From Octopus bimaculoides (taxonomy: Eukaryota): a stretch of DNA of 64,000 nt. The stretch lies in contig NC_069001.1 in assembly GCF_001194135.2 (NCBI RefSeq), positions 18,327,257 through 18,391,256 on the forward strand, read 5' to 3'. This document shows positions 1 to 11,759 of the stretch, piece after piece. Position 1 is the first letter of the stretch; each line of letters begins with the position of its first letter. The notes under the pieces were generated by a model. The model saw only the letters and a list, made by a program, of their open reading frames with translations. It was not told the origin of the DNA and searched no databases. The position numbers and the translations under genes are program-made.

Positions 1-275
1 TCCAGCTGATTTCAAAACATATCTGCTACAAAGCTTTTCACTACACAGTGCTTGATCTTTTTGAACACTGGAATGGAATTTTGTTAAAATTAGCTATTTT
101 GGCGCACATGGCGGAAACGTAACCCACCCACTCACACTATTGTATTATTATTTTTTTTTTGGGGGGACCTTTATGATTTGACGGGCAACATTTATTTCGT
201 ATACTTGTATATTTTGTGGTATAGAATAGATAAAAAAATTTGTATTCGAAGTTATTTCACGTTAAAAATTGTCTT

Positions 276-445
276 ATCTGGTCACGGATAAAACGTAGAC
301 TGAAATATAAAAGTGGATCATGTGGTAACATGAAATGGTCACATATTGATGAGCCAATGTACCGTGATTATTACGATATGAAGTGTGGGAATTCGTGGGA
401 GAACTTTCAGACATTTATCAAGCACATAGCCGAAAAATATCCACA
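276..445 (+). mobile_element. Merlin (IS1016/ISXO2-like) transposase C-terminal remnant
   Basis: Translates as WSRIKRRLKYKSGSCGNMKWSHIDEPMYRDYY...FQTFIKHIAEKYP, resembling the Merlin/ISXO2 C-terminus (W..KR.L....G.......(Y)LDEFM.R...F..HIA..YP). Cut by an N gap. Confidence 0.7.
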
Positions 446-825
446 NNNNNNNNNNNNNNNNNNNNNNNNNNNNNNNNNNNNNNNNNNNNNNNNNNNNNNN
501 NNNNNNNNNNNNNNNNNNNNNNNNNNNNNNNNNNNNNNNNNNNNNNNNNNNNNNNNNNNNNNNNNNNNNNNNNNNATTTCTAGCATATCAAGTTTCCCTC
601 AGTGTCTAATCCCAATGTGCACCTTTTTTAAAATTTATTTACGTTGTTTAGAAAATAAAAATTATTTTGTTCACAAAATTTAATTAAAAGAAAAAAAATG
701 TATGAAGTTAACAAAAACAGATAGTGTGTTATTTTTATTCCTTCTACCTATCTACGTTGTTTAGAAAAGAAAAAAGTAATTTTAAAAAAATTATTTACTT
801 TGTTTAAAAGAAATTATTTACTAAT

Positions 826-964
826 TTGCATACGCGCGCACGCGCACACATGTATTCATTTGCGCGCGCGCGCACTTTTCGTAGGATCGACCACTCACGA
901 CTAGCTAGCGCGGACGCGCGACAGCGCGACTGCGCGTTCGGGTCCGCTCTGCTTGAGTAGTACC
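826..964. mobile_element. CpG/CGCG-rich segment, probable right terminus of the Merlin element
   Basis: Dense CGCG tract ending GAGTAGTACC (reads GGTACTACTC on the minus strand; Merlin TIRs begin with GG). Lies downstream of the transposase remnant. No left TIR seen in the window. Confidence 0.35.
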
Positions 965-1005
965 GTTATTTTTGTGCTCAGGAACATTTTCACAAAAAAA
1001 TATAT

Positions 1006-1195
1006 CAATCATCATCATTATCTAACATCCATGTTCCTTGCTGGCACGGGCTGGACGGTTTGCCAGTTCCCCTCCAAGGTACAAGTCAGGGCAAATTTGT
1101 TTATGGAAGACCAGCAGTCACTCATGCATACCAGCCCTACCCTCTCCAAGCCACCAATGTTATCCAAGGGAAAGGCAGAGACTGATACAAACCAT
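1006..1195 (-). mobile_element. Retroposon 3' tail fragment (RTE-related)
   Basis: (CAT)n followed by ...CATCCATGTTCCTTGCTGGCACGGGCTGGACGG, a variant of the CATCATCGTTTAACGTCCGCTTTCCATGCTAGCATGGGTTGGACG tail repeated elsewhere in the window. Confidence 0.5.
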
Positions 1196-2836
1196 CTAGT
1201 TGGATGTAGTACGTTGTATTTGTTGGTTTAACACTATTTAGATGCTATAACTTGTAGACATTGACATCTGATGAATGTATATTTTATTTCTGATGACTGT
1301 CATGTGAACAGTTATGTTGAATGTGAGCTGAATATATTTTGATGCATGAAGACCAACAAAGATATAAATTGTGGTATTATTTACATGTCTAATGTTTCCA
1401 AAGGCAGCAAATGATAATGCGACAGAGATATAAAATAAACGTTGTAAGAAATGAGAGATTGATTGGATGATTTGTGAAAAGCTTGTACGATTTAGTTTTA
1501 TGTAAATTTACTGGATAGATCAACATACATTTCTTATAGATCAAGACATTTCCGTTTCAAATGGCAATGCAGAAACTCGTTAAATTAGCCGAATTTTCCA
1601 ACGTACCTATACGTAAAATATTTGCACGGTTGATAGATTGAAGCGAGAACATTGTTTTCATGTTATGTGGATTTCCCTTAAAGATAATTATTTGGATTAA
1701 AGCTGCTGAAAGCAGTGGATGTATGCTTTTATGTAGTTTTATAAATGAAAAATGAATCTCCGTGAAATATTGAATTGTGCAATAAAAATACTGCCAGCTG
1801 TGGAACGCAAAATTTGACATTAATGGAAGAAATACCGTAAGAATAGATCGTGTTGGGCAGAAGTGATTGATCGGATGTATCTTTGCATTTGAAAGTATAA
1901 ATATGTTAATGATATTGGAAAGTATAATTTTCTGTCTGCTCTAAATTGAAAAAGTAAACGGTGGTTTAATGTGCAGGAGGTGTGATATACAAATTTATAT
2001 TGCAAGATTTGTAAAGGGTAGATGGATTATCAAGGTTGCCAGAGAGCAGCACCAAAACTCATATGTCTATAGAATTCAGAAATAACACCAGGCTGGGGGA
2101 CGCTAGAATAGGAGAGACTTTTAATGATGTCAATATCAGTAAATAATAGAAATAGGCAAACAGCGTTTTTTTTTTTTCGAAGAGACAAGTCAATCAAAAA
2201 CAGACAAGCGAAACTATTTTATCGATAGGAGGGAAAAAAAGTTAAAAGTATATAAGGCCAATCAAACTAATTTGGTCAATTGAAGACAAAAACAATTGCT
2301 ATTCTATCGAATGGGATCTAATTATTTGCATGTTAGCATGGCTATTGTTATTTTAAGTTTGATTCTATGTCAAACCATGGGTATGTGTGGTTAAGAAGCT
2401 TACTTCCGAAACATCTGGTTTCAGGCTCTTCTAAGCCATATCTGTATGGGAAGTACGCGTTGCAAGCTTTACTTGATCGAGAGGAGAGTCGTTCTAAAAA
2501 ATTCACGTCTTCTGAGTGTTTTCCTAGATGCCAAATATTTTGTCGCTATCGTCGTGAAAAAAAACTTTTTACAATGCAGTTGTCTCCCTTCTCATACTAG
2601 GTTTCTACCTAGTATGAGAAGGGAGACAACTGCATTGTAAAAAGTTTGTACGTCTGAATAACTGACACCCTTCAGACACCGCTCCATGGGAGGCAACTCT
2701 ACTTTCCCTTCTGAAAAACATTATAACTTTTCCCCACTTTTTCGTTCTTGTATCTTTCCCTTCCATTATTCCTTTCTTTTTTCTGTCTCCCTTTTACTAT
2801 TACACTCTAGCAGAGCAGAAAATATATTTGTATTTA

Positions 2837-3880
2837 TATCATCATCATCTTCATTTAACGTCTGCTTTCCATGCTAGCATGAGTTAGACTGGGACTAGTA
2901 AGCCAGAGATCTGCACCAGTCAGATTTGGCTTGATTTCTACGGTTGGATAACCTTCATAACACCAACTATTCCGAAAGTATAATGGGTGCTTTTTACGTG
3001 CCACCGTCACGGATGCCATTTACATGTCACGACCACGATTAAGATTTCACAGGTGCCATTCAGATGACACTGGCAACAGCAACGACTATGATTTCACTTG
3101 GTTTGACAAGTTTTCTCAAGCACAGCATATCGCCAAAGGTTTCGGTCACCTGTCATCACCACTGTTAGGTCCAACATTCGAAGATCGTGCTTCACCACCT
3201 TCTCTCATGTCTTCCCGGGTCCTACTCCCAGTTAGAGCTTGGCACTTCTTCACACAGCTGCCCTCGTTCATACACATCACATAACCATACCAGCACACCT
3301 GATACCTCTTATGCCTAGTTTTTCTCTCAAGACATTTACACTCTGACATTGCACATCCAGCGAAGCATACTGGCTCCGTCTCTTTCAATCCTTCACATGT
3401 CCTCTGTGGTCACAGCCCATGTTTCACTGATGTGTAGCACAGCTGTTTGCACACAGTCTGCCTTTCATTTTGAGGAAGAGGCCCTTTGTTAGCAACAGAG
3501 TTAGAAACTCTCGGAACGTTGCCCAGCCTTATTTTTATTCTAGGAGCTACGCTCTCGGAGCATCCACCTCCACTGCTGACTTGGTCACCTAGGTAACGGA
3601 AGCTATCAACTACTTCTAGTTTTATCTCCTAGTATTTGATGGAATCTATTTTCCGTACATTTGTAGTGTTTATTGTACCTGTACATCTGCCAAACCCAAA
3701 GACTATTTTCCCTGATATTGCTGCATCTGTGTCCATAGCTTGTACCTCATATGAGTCCATAGCTTACCCCAGGTACTCCATAAGATTTATGGAGTTTCTG
3801 TGTATGCCTTTTGACAGATGAAGCAGGGCCATCTACCTGAAGGGATTTGTGATTTATCCTCTTTCCTACTTCCTAAGTCT
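2837..3880 (-). mobile_element. 5'-truncated, degraded RTE LINE
   Basis: Minus-strand peptide WYGYVMCMNEGSCVKKCQAL matches the RTE ORF2 C-terminus; shared 3' tail ending in (GAT)n. Confidence 0.8.
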
Positions 3881-4398
3881 TTGACCCAACAATGTATTTT
3901 ATAGTAAATAGGAAAGATGATGGTACAGACTCACTCCAGCAGTTCATTTAGCTATATTGCATTGCAGTTGTGTTGTCTGTTCAATAATTCTAAATCATTT
4001 GGGGAAGGGGCATTTACAAACTTTGATGGTATAACCTTTCATATTGTGATATACCCCTTGAGGGTTTAATGCAATCTTGTGGATTTTTCCTACTGTATAG
4101 TTATCTTTTATTTACTTCACTCAATTTACTGCAACCATGTGATAAAGTTTCTTTACATAACTGCTTACAGTTTATCTTTAAGGGCACTGCCATTTGTTGG
4201 CAGTTCTCATAGACAGTAGATAATGTCACATATAATTGCAGCTGTTGGTTCATGAATTTATTATTCACTTTCTCCTTATTTGTTCAGTGTTTTTTTGGAG
4301 TCTTTCAACATTTGTTTGGAAAGAAATCATGCATTGTTGTATTTTCTCACTTCAATCAATAACTTGTAGGTACGTGGTATTTCGTTATGCAACCAAAA

Positions 4399-4605
4399 TC
4401 TTAATATATAAAACTGAGAAAGTGTCTGTCTGTCAGTGTGAATCCCTAAAATTCGAGAACTACCCAACCGATTTCATCGAAATTTTACACATGCCTTACA
4501 TAAGGTCCATACAATGTCATGGGTCAATTTTCAACTTTTTGCCTAATGCGAGTCCGGAGCAATCTCTTACACTTATCTCCTACACTCTTTTATTTCTACG
4601 CCAGT
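4399..4605 (+). mobile_element. Non-autonomous Helitron/Helentron-like 5' fragment
   Basis: A|TCTTAATATATAAAA start followed by GTCTGTCTGTC and CAACCGATTTCATCGAAATTTT, an arrangement typical of such elements. A similar start lies near 42920. Confidence 0.5.
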
Positions 4606-4859
4606 AAAAGAATTTGTTAGGGTTGATTCCCTTTGACTGTCCGTTCTGTTACCACCCCTTCCTCTAGTATGTGCTACTATGGTCTTAGTGACTCAGTCAC
4701 TTCTTATTCATATTCGGATCAATAGGATCTCCGTAAATGGCTTCTCTATTTTCGTGTGGTGTATTGGTATTATGTGCTGCAATTCTGTATAGATATGAGT
4801 TTTGGTGCTGCTCTTTCTAGCGGTTCGTCCTTCTATTTCTATGCCTCAAGTGTAGCAGG

Positions 4860-4964
4860 CGGTCGGGACGAAGCCAGAGGAAACTCTGGTGGAAGTCCGA
4901 AGCGCCTCTGACGTGCAAATCGATCGTCGGAACCGGGTGTAGGGGCAAAAGACCAATCGAGCCG

Positions 4965-5007
<43 letters not shown>

Positions 5008-5580
5008 CGCCAGCGGGAGAACGACACGCAATTCCGTCCGGTAAAGCGAATGACTGGAGGGCCCCGGGGACGTTGACGGCCTCGATCTACTCTCGAACTG
5101 TCCCGATCGGAGGCGGCTGTATAGCGCAATGTAAGCCGAACTGGTGATGTGCAATGAACCGAACATCCGGCTAANNNNNNNNNNNNNNNNNNNNNNNNNN
5201 NNNNNNNNNNNNNNNNNNNNNNNNNNNNNNNNNNNNNNNNNNNNNNNNNNNNNNNNNNNNNNNNNNNNNNNNNNNNNNNNNNNNNNNNNNNNNNNNNNNN
5301 NNNNNNNNNNNNNNNNNNNNNNNNNNNNNNAGCACGGGTCAGTCGGTCCTAAGAAACGGGCGAAAGCTTCCACGAAAGGCACCGGATCCGTCGTTGTTAA
5401 TGCACGCAAGCGGCCGGCCTCGTATCTAAAGGGAGCTCGCAGAGTTGCCGGGAGTCCCGGGAAGAGTTCTCTCTTCTTCGTAAAGGACCGCATCCGTGGA
5501 ATCGGCTCGTCGGGAGATACGGTTATGGTACCTGTAGAGCACCGCCTCTCAGGCGGCGTCCGGTGCCCCTAGAAAATCCA
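4860..5580 (+). rRNA. 28S: Orphan 28S rRNA fragment, probably a pseudogene (N gap at 5175-5330)
   Basis: Contains conserved LSU motifs GAAGCCAGAGGAAACTCTGGTGGA, TGACGTGCAAATCG, TCTAGTAGCTGGTTCCCTCCGAAGTTTCCCTCAGGATAGCTGG, GGTAAAGCGAATGA, ATGAACCGAAC, GGGTCAGTCGGTCCTAAG and GAGTTCTCT..TT, in the correct order. Flanks are not rDNA. Confidence 0.92.
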
Positions 5581-6049
5581 GGTCCGTAATGATTCAAGAG
5601 TGAATTGCAGGTCGTCCATTGTCTTACAGAAAACGACACGAAGGCCTGATTCTAAAAGTGGCAGGAACGCTGGAACCATTGTGTTGTAGAAGATGACTAT
5701 TTGCAAAATGTTAATTTATTCTAATTAATCCTGGAACTTTTTGATTCCACATTATACATTCAGAGAAATATCTACCCCATTTGTCGTCACACAACTACAG
5801 TTTATGGCAACTTTTATTACATGATTACGCTCATGTGCAGATTAAACGTAAACATTGATCTCACAAAGTTATTTATATAGGTTTTCTGTAGTTTCCATTG
5901 ATAGTATTNNNNNNNNNNNNNNNNNNNNNNNNNNNNNNNNNNNNNNNNNNNNNNNNNNNNNNNNNNNNNNNNNNNNNNNNNNNNNNNNNNNNNNNNNNNN
6001 NNNNNNNNACACATACATGTGTATATATACATATATAGATAGATAGATG

Positions 6050-6213
6050 TATATATATCTGTTTATTTCTTCGTGTTCCTTTCTGTTGAAGAGCATAGGC
6101 TTGAAATGCTAAAGATTTTCTCACCTTCCTGAGCGTTAAACTAATACACCTGTTTGTTGTTTTTCCACCTCTCTTCATCTTTTGTTTTTCTGTAAATTTC
6201 AACTATATATATA
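6050..6213 (+). mobile_element. Interspersed repeat with a degenerate hammerhead-like motif (probable Penelope-like terminal repeat)
   Basis: TTTCTGTTGAAGAGCATAGGCTTGAAATGCTAAAG; a homologous copy lies at 35540-35700. Confidence 0.55.
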
Positions 6214-6500
6214 TATACTATAGCCTCGATCTGACCAAAGCTTTGTGAGCGGAATTCACACATGGAAACTGAAAGAATACTGTCGTATATATGTGTGTGT
6301 GTGTCTGTGTTTGTACCCCCACCATCACTTGACAACGGATGTTACTGTGTTTATGTCCCCGTAACTTAGTGGTTCGGCAAGAGACACAAATAGAATAAGT
6401 ACTAAGCTTACAAAGAATGGATCCTGGGATCGATTTGCTCAACTAAAAGCAGTACTTCAGCATGGCTGCAGTCAAATGACTGAAACAAGTAAAACAATAA
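6214..6500 (+). mobile_element. tRNA-derived SINE (octopus OR-type), body and 3' end
   Basis: Matches other copies in the window: CCCCGTAACTTAG.GGTTCGGCAA...TAGAATAAGTACT...CAGCATGGCTGCAGTCAAATGACTGAAACAAGTAAAA. Confidence 0.85.
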
Positions 6501-6504
6501 ACAA

Positions 6505-7170
6505 CTATGCCATTTTAATCCCGAGCAACACTGTATATCTGCTAGTTCTTTATGAATACAATCATTGTCACAGTATCTTGCAACAATTGCTAGGCATGCC
6601 ATTTCATTCATGTCAGTACTTTCATCACTAGCGACATTGAATTCAGCAGCGTTTTGTAATCCAGCTTTTTATTTTATTGTTATGTTTTCAGTTATATTAG
6701 ATATACGTCTCTCAATTGATCTTGCAGAAGTTGGTATTTCTTGAATTCGAGACAGTATTGTTTCAGCATTTGGTAAATCATTGAACAAAATTTTAGCACT
6801 TCTCAGAAAAACTTTTTTGATAAATTCTCCAATTACCTATCTCAGCTATACATTGGGCAATTGTGTAACTACGTTTGTTGGCTTTATTTTTGGTTCCAAG
6901 CATTTGAACAAAAACAGAAGTGCTTTTTTTAAAACTAGAAATAGCCCTTTTTATGGCTTCACTTTTCTCATCAGTTTTTAAATGAAGTCTGTCTACTTTG
7001 ATAGTGTCTTTGTACACTTGATGTACGACATACGACAGATTCACAGCAGAATGCACACACAACATGATCGTTTTGTCATACAAATCCATATTCAGTCTCC
7101 AGTAATCTTGAAATGAACAAACATCAAGTTTTTGTCTTTTGTTATTCATCTTACGTTTATTTTTTGCCAA
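6505..7170 (-). mobile_element. hAT (Charlie/GTF2IRD2-like) transposase remnant
   Basis: Minus-strand SDESTDMNEMACLAIVARYC (first catalytic Asp motif DESTD), with RSYTIAQCIAE upstream. Contains stops and frameshifts. Confidence 0.75.
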
Positions 7171-7624
7171 GAGGTGTGCATGTCATTGTGAATTGGTCCC
7201 TTTTCCACACATGGTGCGCATGCCATAGGTTGCTGACACCTGTGCTAGTGTATACTCACAAGGAATGGGGATCAAAGCATAGATGGGATGGTAGAATAAG
7301 AGAGAGATACATGGTAACAATTGCTAGGGAATGCTCTTAAGGCACAGAGTTCATAATATACATGGCCAAGTATGGCCAAGTATTGCCAAGAAGGTGTGAG
7401 TAGGGAGTCAGAGTGGATATTGCAGTGACTGGTGAGAACCTGGGTATAAAGAAGGGGATGGGGAAAGCAGCAATACAGTGAACAGGGCAGTGAGGGTGGG
7501 GATGGGGGTGTATGAAGAGGAATAGAAAAGATACACTTTAGGAGCAATATAGTTTGGTAGGGTGTGTGAGAATTTTATTGTTATGTGTGGATGGGACAGA
7601 ATGCTTCTAGCACTCAATTTCGCT

Positions 7625-7812
7625 GATGAGGGCAGGCCCTCTCCAGAACCTCATATCATCAGATATCTCGATCTATTGTCATTTCTTCTGTGAGCCCTCA
7701 TATCTTTCCTCATTGCATCCTGTCTTCCTGGGTCTCCCTCTTCCACAGTGACCAGCATTGCTTTATACAGCTGTCTTCATTCATATGCATCACATATCCA
7801 AACCAAAGTAGA
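7625..7812 (-). mobile_element. RTE LINE ORF2 C-terminal fragment
   Basis: LLWFGYVMHMNEDSCIKQC...GLTEEMTIDRDI. Confidence 0.7.
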
Positions 7813-7847
7813 CTTATAACTGTTTTAAATAATACACACACATCTGG

Positions 7848-7990
7848 TGTTGCTGTGTGGTAAGAACTTTGTTTCCAAACCACATGGTATAGGGTTCAGT
7901 TCCACTGCATGACACCGGGCTGACTAAACCCTTGTGACAGGATTTATTAGACAGTAACTGAAAGACCACACATGAAAATCCACAGTCATA
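7848..7990 (+). mobile_element. Degraded OR-type SINE 5' part
   Basis: GCTGTGTGGTAAG...CCACATGG...GGGTTCAGTTCCACTGC (A-box/B-box-like head). Confidence 0.65.
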
Positions 7991-8849
7991 TATAGAAAAA
8001 TTAATAAGTAAATGCACGATAAATAAGTATAATAAAATACAAAGTAAAAATCATAAAATAATGATAATAAAACGACTACACGTGTTTCATAACCAAGTTT
8101 TCAAATAGAAAATAAAATATATTCAAATCGATTAAATCGATCGAAAATCAATTCTATTCAAAAATATAGCTAATCTTCAGGTCAAAATACAACAACAATA
8201 ATAATAATAAAAGGAATGTATATATCAACCAACAATAAATAACAAATGAATGTTTATAAAAATACTTATATTAAGATAGAAAAATGTTAAACAATATTAT
8301 TAAAAAGAAATTTAATACTAATCTTATCGAAAATTATNNNNNNNNNNNNNNNNNNNNNNNNNNNNNNNNNNNNNNNNNNNNNNNNNNNNNNNNNNNNNNN
8401 NNNNNNNNNNNNNNNNNNNNNNNNNNNNNNNNNNNNNNNNNNNNNNNNNNNNNNNNNNNNNNNNNNNNNNNNNNNNNNNNNNNNNNNNNNNNNNNNNNNN
8501 NNNNNNNNNNNNNNNNNNNNNNNNNNNNNNNNNNNNNNNNNNNNNNNNNNNNNNNNNNNNNNNNNNNNNNNNNNNNNNNNNNNNNNNNNNNNNNNNNNNN
8601 NNNNNNNNNNNNNNNNNNNNNNNNNNNNNNNNNNNNNNNNNNNNNNNNNNNNNNNNNNNNNNNNNNNNNNNNNNNNNNNNNNNNNNNNNNNNNNNNNNNN
8701 NNNNNNNNNNNNNNNNNNNNNNNNNNNNNNNNNNNNNNNNNNNNNNNNNNNNNNNNNNNNNNNNNNNNNNNNNNNNNNNNNNNNNNNNNNNNNNNNNNNN
8801 NNNNNNNNNNNNNNNNNNNNNNNNNNNNNNNNNNNNNNNNNNNNNNNNN

Positions 8850-8948
8850 ATAGTAGAAGACACTTGCTCAAAGTGCCACGCAGTGGGACTGAACCCGGAA
8901 CCATGTGGTTGGTAAGCAAGCTACTTACCACACAGCCACTCCTGCGCC
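8850..8948 (-). mobile_element. OR-type SINE tRNA-like head
   Basis: Reverse complement reads GGCGCAGGAGTGGCTGTGTGGTAAGTAGCTTGCTTACCAACCACATGGTTCCGGGTTCAGTCCCACTGCGTGGCAC, with Pol III A and B boxes. Confidence 0.9.
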
Positions 8949-9287
8949 TTTATTAGAATATAAACTAACGGAAATATTAAATGCAAATCTTATCTTAATG
9001 AATCATTCGTTTAAAATACAATTTAAACGAAGTTTTAGGTGAAACTAAAATTATAAACGTAAAATAAATAACTTTACTTTTAATATAAACTAACAAAAAA
9101 TTAATTTATATAAAAATAATATCACCATTAAATAAAAGAAAAAATATTTAACAAAATTATTGAAAAGAAATACAAAATTTATCTAATCGAATCTTTAGTT
9201 TATATAAAATTTTAGATGTTGTACTATTAACTTAGCCTTAATTAGAATATTAACTAATAATCAAAGAAATTATATAAAAAAAATACT

Positions 9288-10210
9288 TATCATCATCATC
9301 ATCATCGTTTAACGTCTGCTTTCCATGCTAGCATGGGTTGGACGATTTGACTGAGGACTGGTGAAACCAGATGGCTACACCAAGCTCCAATCTGATTTGG
9401 CAGAGTTTCTACAGCTGGATGCCCTTCCTAATGCCAACCACTCTGAGAATGTAGTGGGTGCTTTTACGTGCCACCGGCACGATGTCCAGTCAGGCGGTAC
9501 TGGCAACGGCCACGCTCAAAATGGTATATTTTATGTGCCACCCGCACAAGAGCCAGTTCAGGGGCACTGGCAACGATCTCAATTGAAAGTCCTTACACAT
9601 GCCACAGGCACAAGTGCCAGAAAGGCGACGCTGGGCACAGGTGCCATCACAATTTCGCTTTCACTTGCCCCAACAGGTCTTCGGAAGCAGAGTTTCGTGT
9701 CCAATGAAGGAGACGACGTTGGCATGGGTGCCAGTCGTCGAATTTAGTTCAATTTTGATTTCACTTGCCTCAATATGTCTTCGCAAACGGAGTTTAGTGT
9801 CCAATGAAGGAAAGGATGGCATAAGTGGGCTGGCTACACCCCTGGCAGAGGCCTTGGATTTAGGTCTCACTTGGCTTGCAGGGTCTTCTGACGCACAGCA
9901 TATTTCCAAAGGTCTCAGTCAGAAGTCATCGCCTCAGTGAGGCCCAATGTTTGATGGTCTTGCCTCACCACCTCATCCCAGGTCTTCCTGGGCCTACCTC
10001 TTCCACAGGTTCCCTCAACTACTAGGGTGTGACACTTTTTCACACAGCTATCCTCGTCCATTCTCACCACATTACCATACCAGCGCAATCGCCTCTCTTG
10101 CACACCACAACTGATGCTTCTTAGGTTCAACTTTTCTAGTATGCACACTGACATTACACATCCATTGGAGCATATTGGCTTCATTCCTTGCGAGCCTACG
10201 CATGTCTTCA
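9288..10210 (-). mobile_element. 5'-truncated RTE LINE with long 3' UTR
   Basis: ORF 9915-10211: GVQERRLRWYGNVVRMDEDSCVKKCHTLVVEGTCGRGRPRKTWDEVV; (GAT)n tail. Confidence 0.9.
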
Positions 10211-10828
10211 TTATTTATCCCATAAATCAAAAAGAAATATCAACAATATTATTGGAAAAGATGCAACACTAAACTAATCGAAGTTTTGGTTTAAACTAAA
10301 ATGATAAACTTTATACTATTAACTTAGTGTTGAATAAGGTATCGGTTAACATTAAATATCAATTGAATTAATATAAAAATACATATTTTTCCAATCAATG
10401 ATAGAAAATCATTTAGCAATATTAATGAAGATAAAAGCAATACTTATCTCAACGATGCTATTGTTTAAACTAAAAATTTTAAACGTTAAACTAATAAATA
10501 AGCGTTTATTAGAAAGAAGTCACGTGAAGATATTGCATAAAGAAAAAGAATAGAATAAAGAGATATAAAAACATGAATGAAAGTTTTATTTATAAAATCA
10601 TGAATGAAAATTAAAATTTATATAATTTAAATCATAATAAAACAATTAACTATATTGTAAACGTATGATGGAACGTTAAAATCTAAGTAATTATAGAGTC
10701 TAAAGAATAAAACTAAGAAACATAACTTAAATAATATATATGAAATAAGCTAAAATACTACAATTAAATTAATTAATTAATTAAAATATGTATATTATTA
10801 ATTTTATAAAAATCATAGTGTCATTAAA

Positions 10829-10867
<39 letters not shown>

Positions 10868-11759
10868 ATAAAACGTACACACACACACACACACTAAGTT
10901 CCAAGGAATACAATGTGGATGAAGTATTTCAGTGTTGTTTCTCTGGAAGCACTCCCCAGTCTTCTTCAGAACGGTGTAGTTCAGATGTTGTTAGTTTAAA
11001 TGACAGAAATGACATTACAAATAAGAATTAACAAGAACCAACGAATGGAAGAGACATTTCTGATGAATATGAAATTATTTAAGGTCTACCAATAGCAGAT
11101 GTACCTGTATACACTGATATACATTCACACAAGAAATACACATATATTTTTATAACCTGAAGAATGGCACAAAGCAATACACCATGCATAAGGAGAGACC
11201 AAGTGAATCCCTAGCTTCAATAAACTCTATAAGAACCCCTGCATAAATTGGGTTTTCATAACTCAAAAAAGTTACTTCTTCTTTTGCCTGTATTGAACAA
11301 GATATCTGAACAATATTTCTTCAGTGTGGAGAGGAACATTGATTACATTGAATAACATGACATTTTCTAATAAACCTGGTCAGTGATAGTCTTCCTCAAA
11401 CACAGGTGGACAGTCATACATAAATCACATGGAAAAATTCGAGCAAGAGAAATAATATTCTTAAGATTATAAACCTAGAAAATTACAGGACAATTTATTA
11501 CACTTGGACAACTTATTACATCTGGTAAAGTACAGAACAAGAAAATTTTTACTTAAAATATTGCAGCTAAGGATAAAATTTCAAATAAAATATTTAGATT
11601 TAGAAAATAATAGCTTTTATTAAAACTAAAACTTTTATTACAAGTTATTACTTCTATTTGTTATTACTTGTTACTTCTATTAAAAATAAAAAATAAAAAA
11701 TAACTCAATTATGATATTTTTTGCACTTAAACAAAATTTATTTTTTTAATTATTAATTA

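Noticed and set aside
4860-5580. Functional rDNA unit; ORFs 4966-5493 and 5144-5572
   Set aside because: No 18S, 5.8S or ITS, and the rest of 28S is absent. The ORFs are spurious translations of rRNA plus N.
7620-7650. CTGATGA-GGGCAGGCCC hammerhead-like start
   Set aside because: No GAAA after the stem; it sits at the edge of an RTE fragment.
10900-11460. Protein-like stretch (DISDEYEII..PIADVPVYTDI; PEEWHKAIHH) and CTGATGA..GAAA at ~11058
   Set aside because: Many stops and no family I can name; the hammerhead-like core lacks convincing stems I and III.
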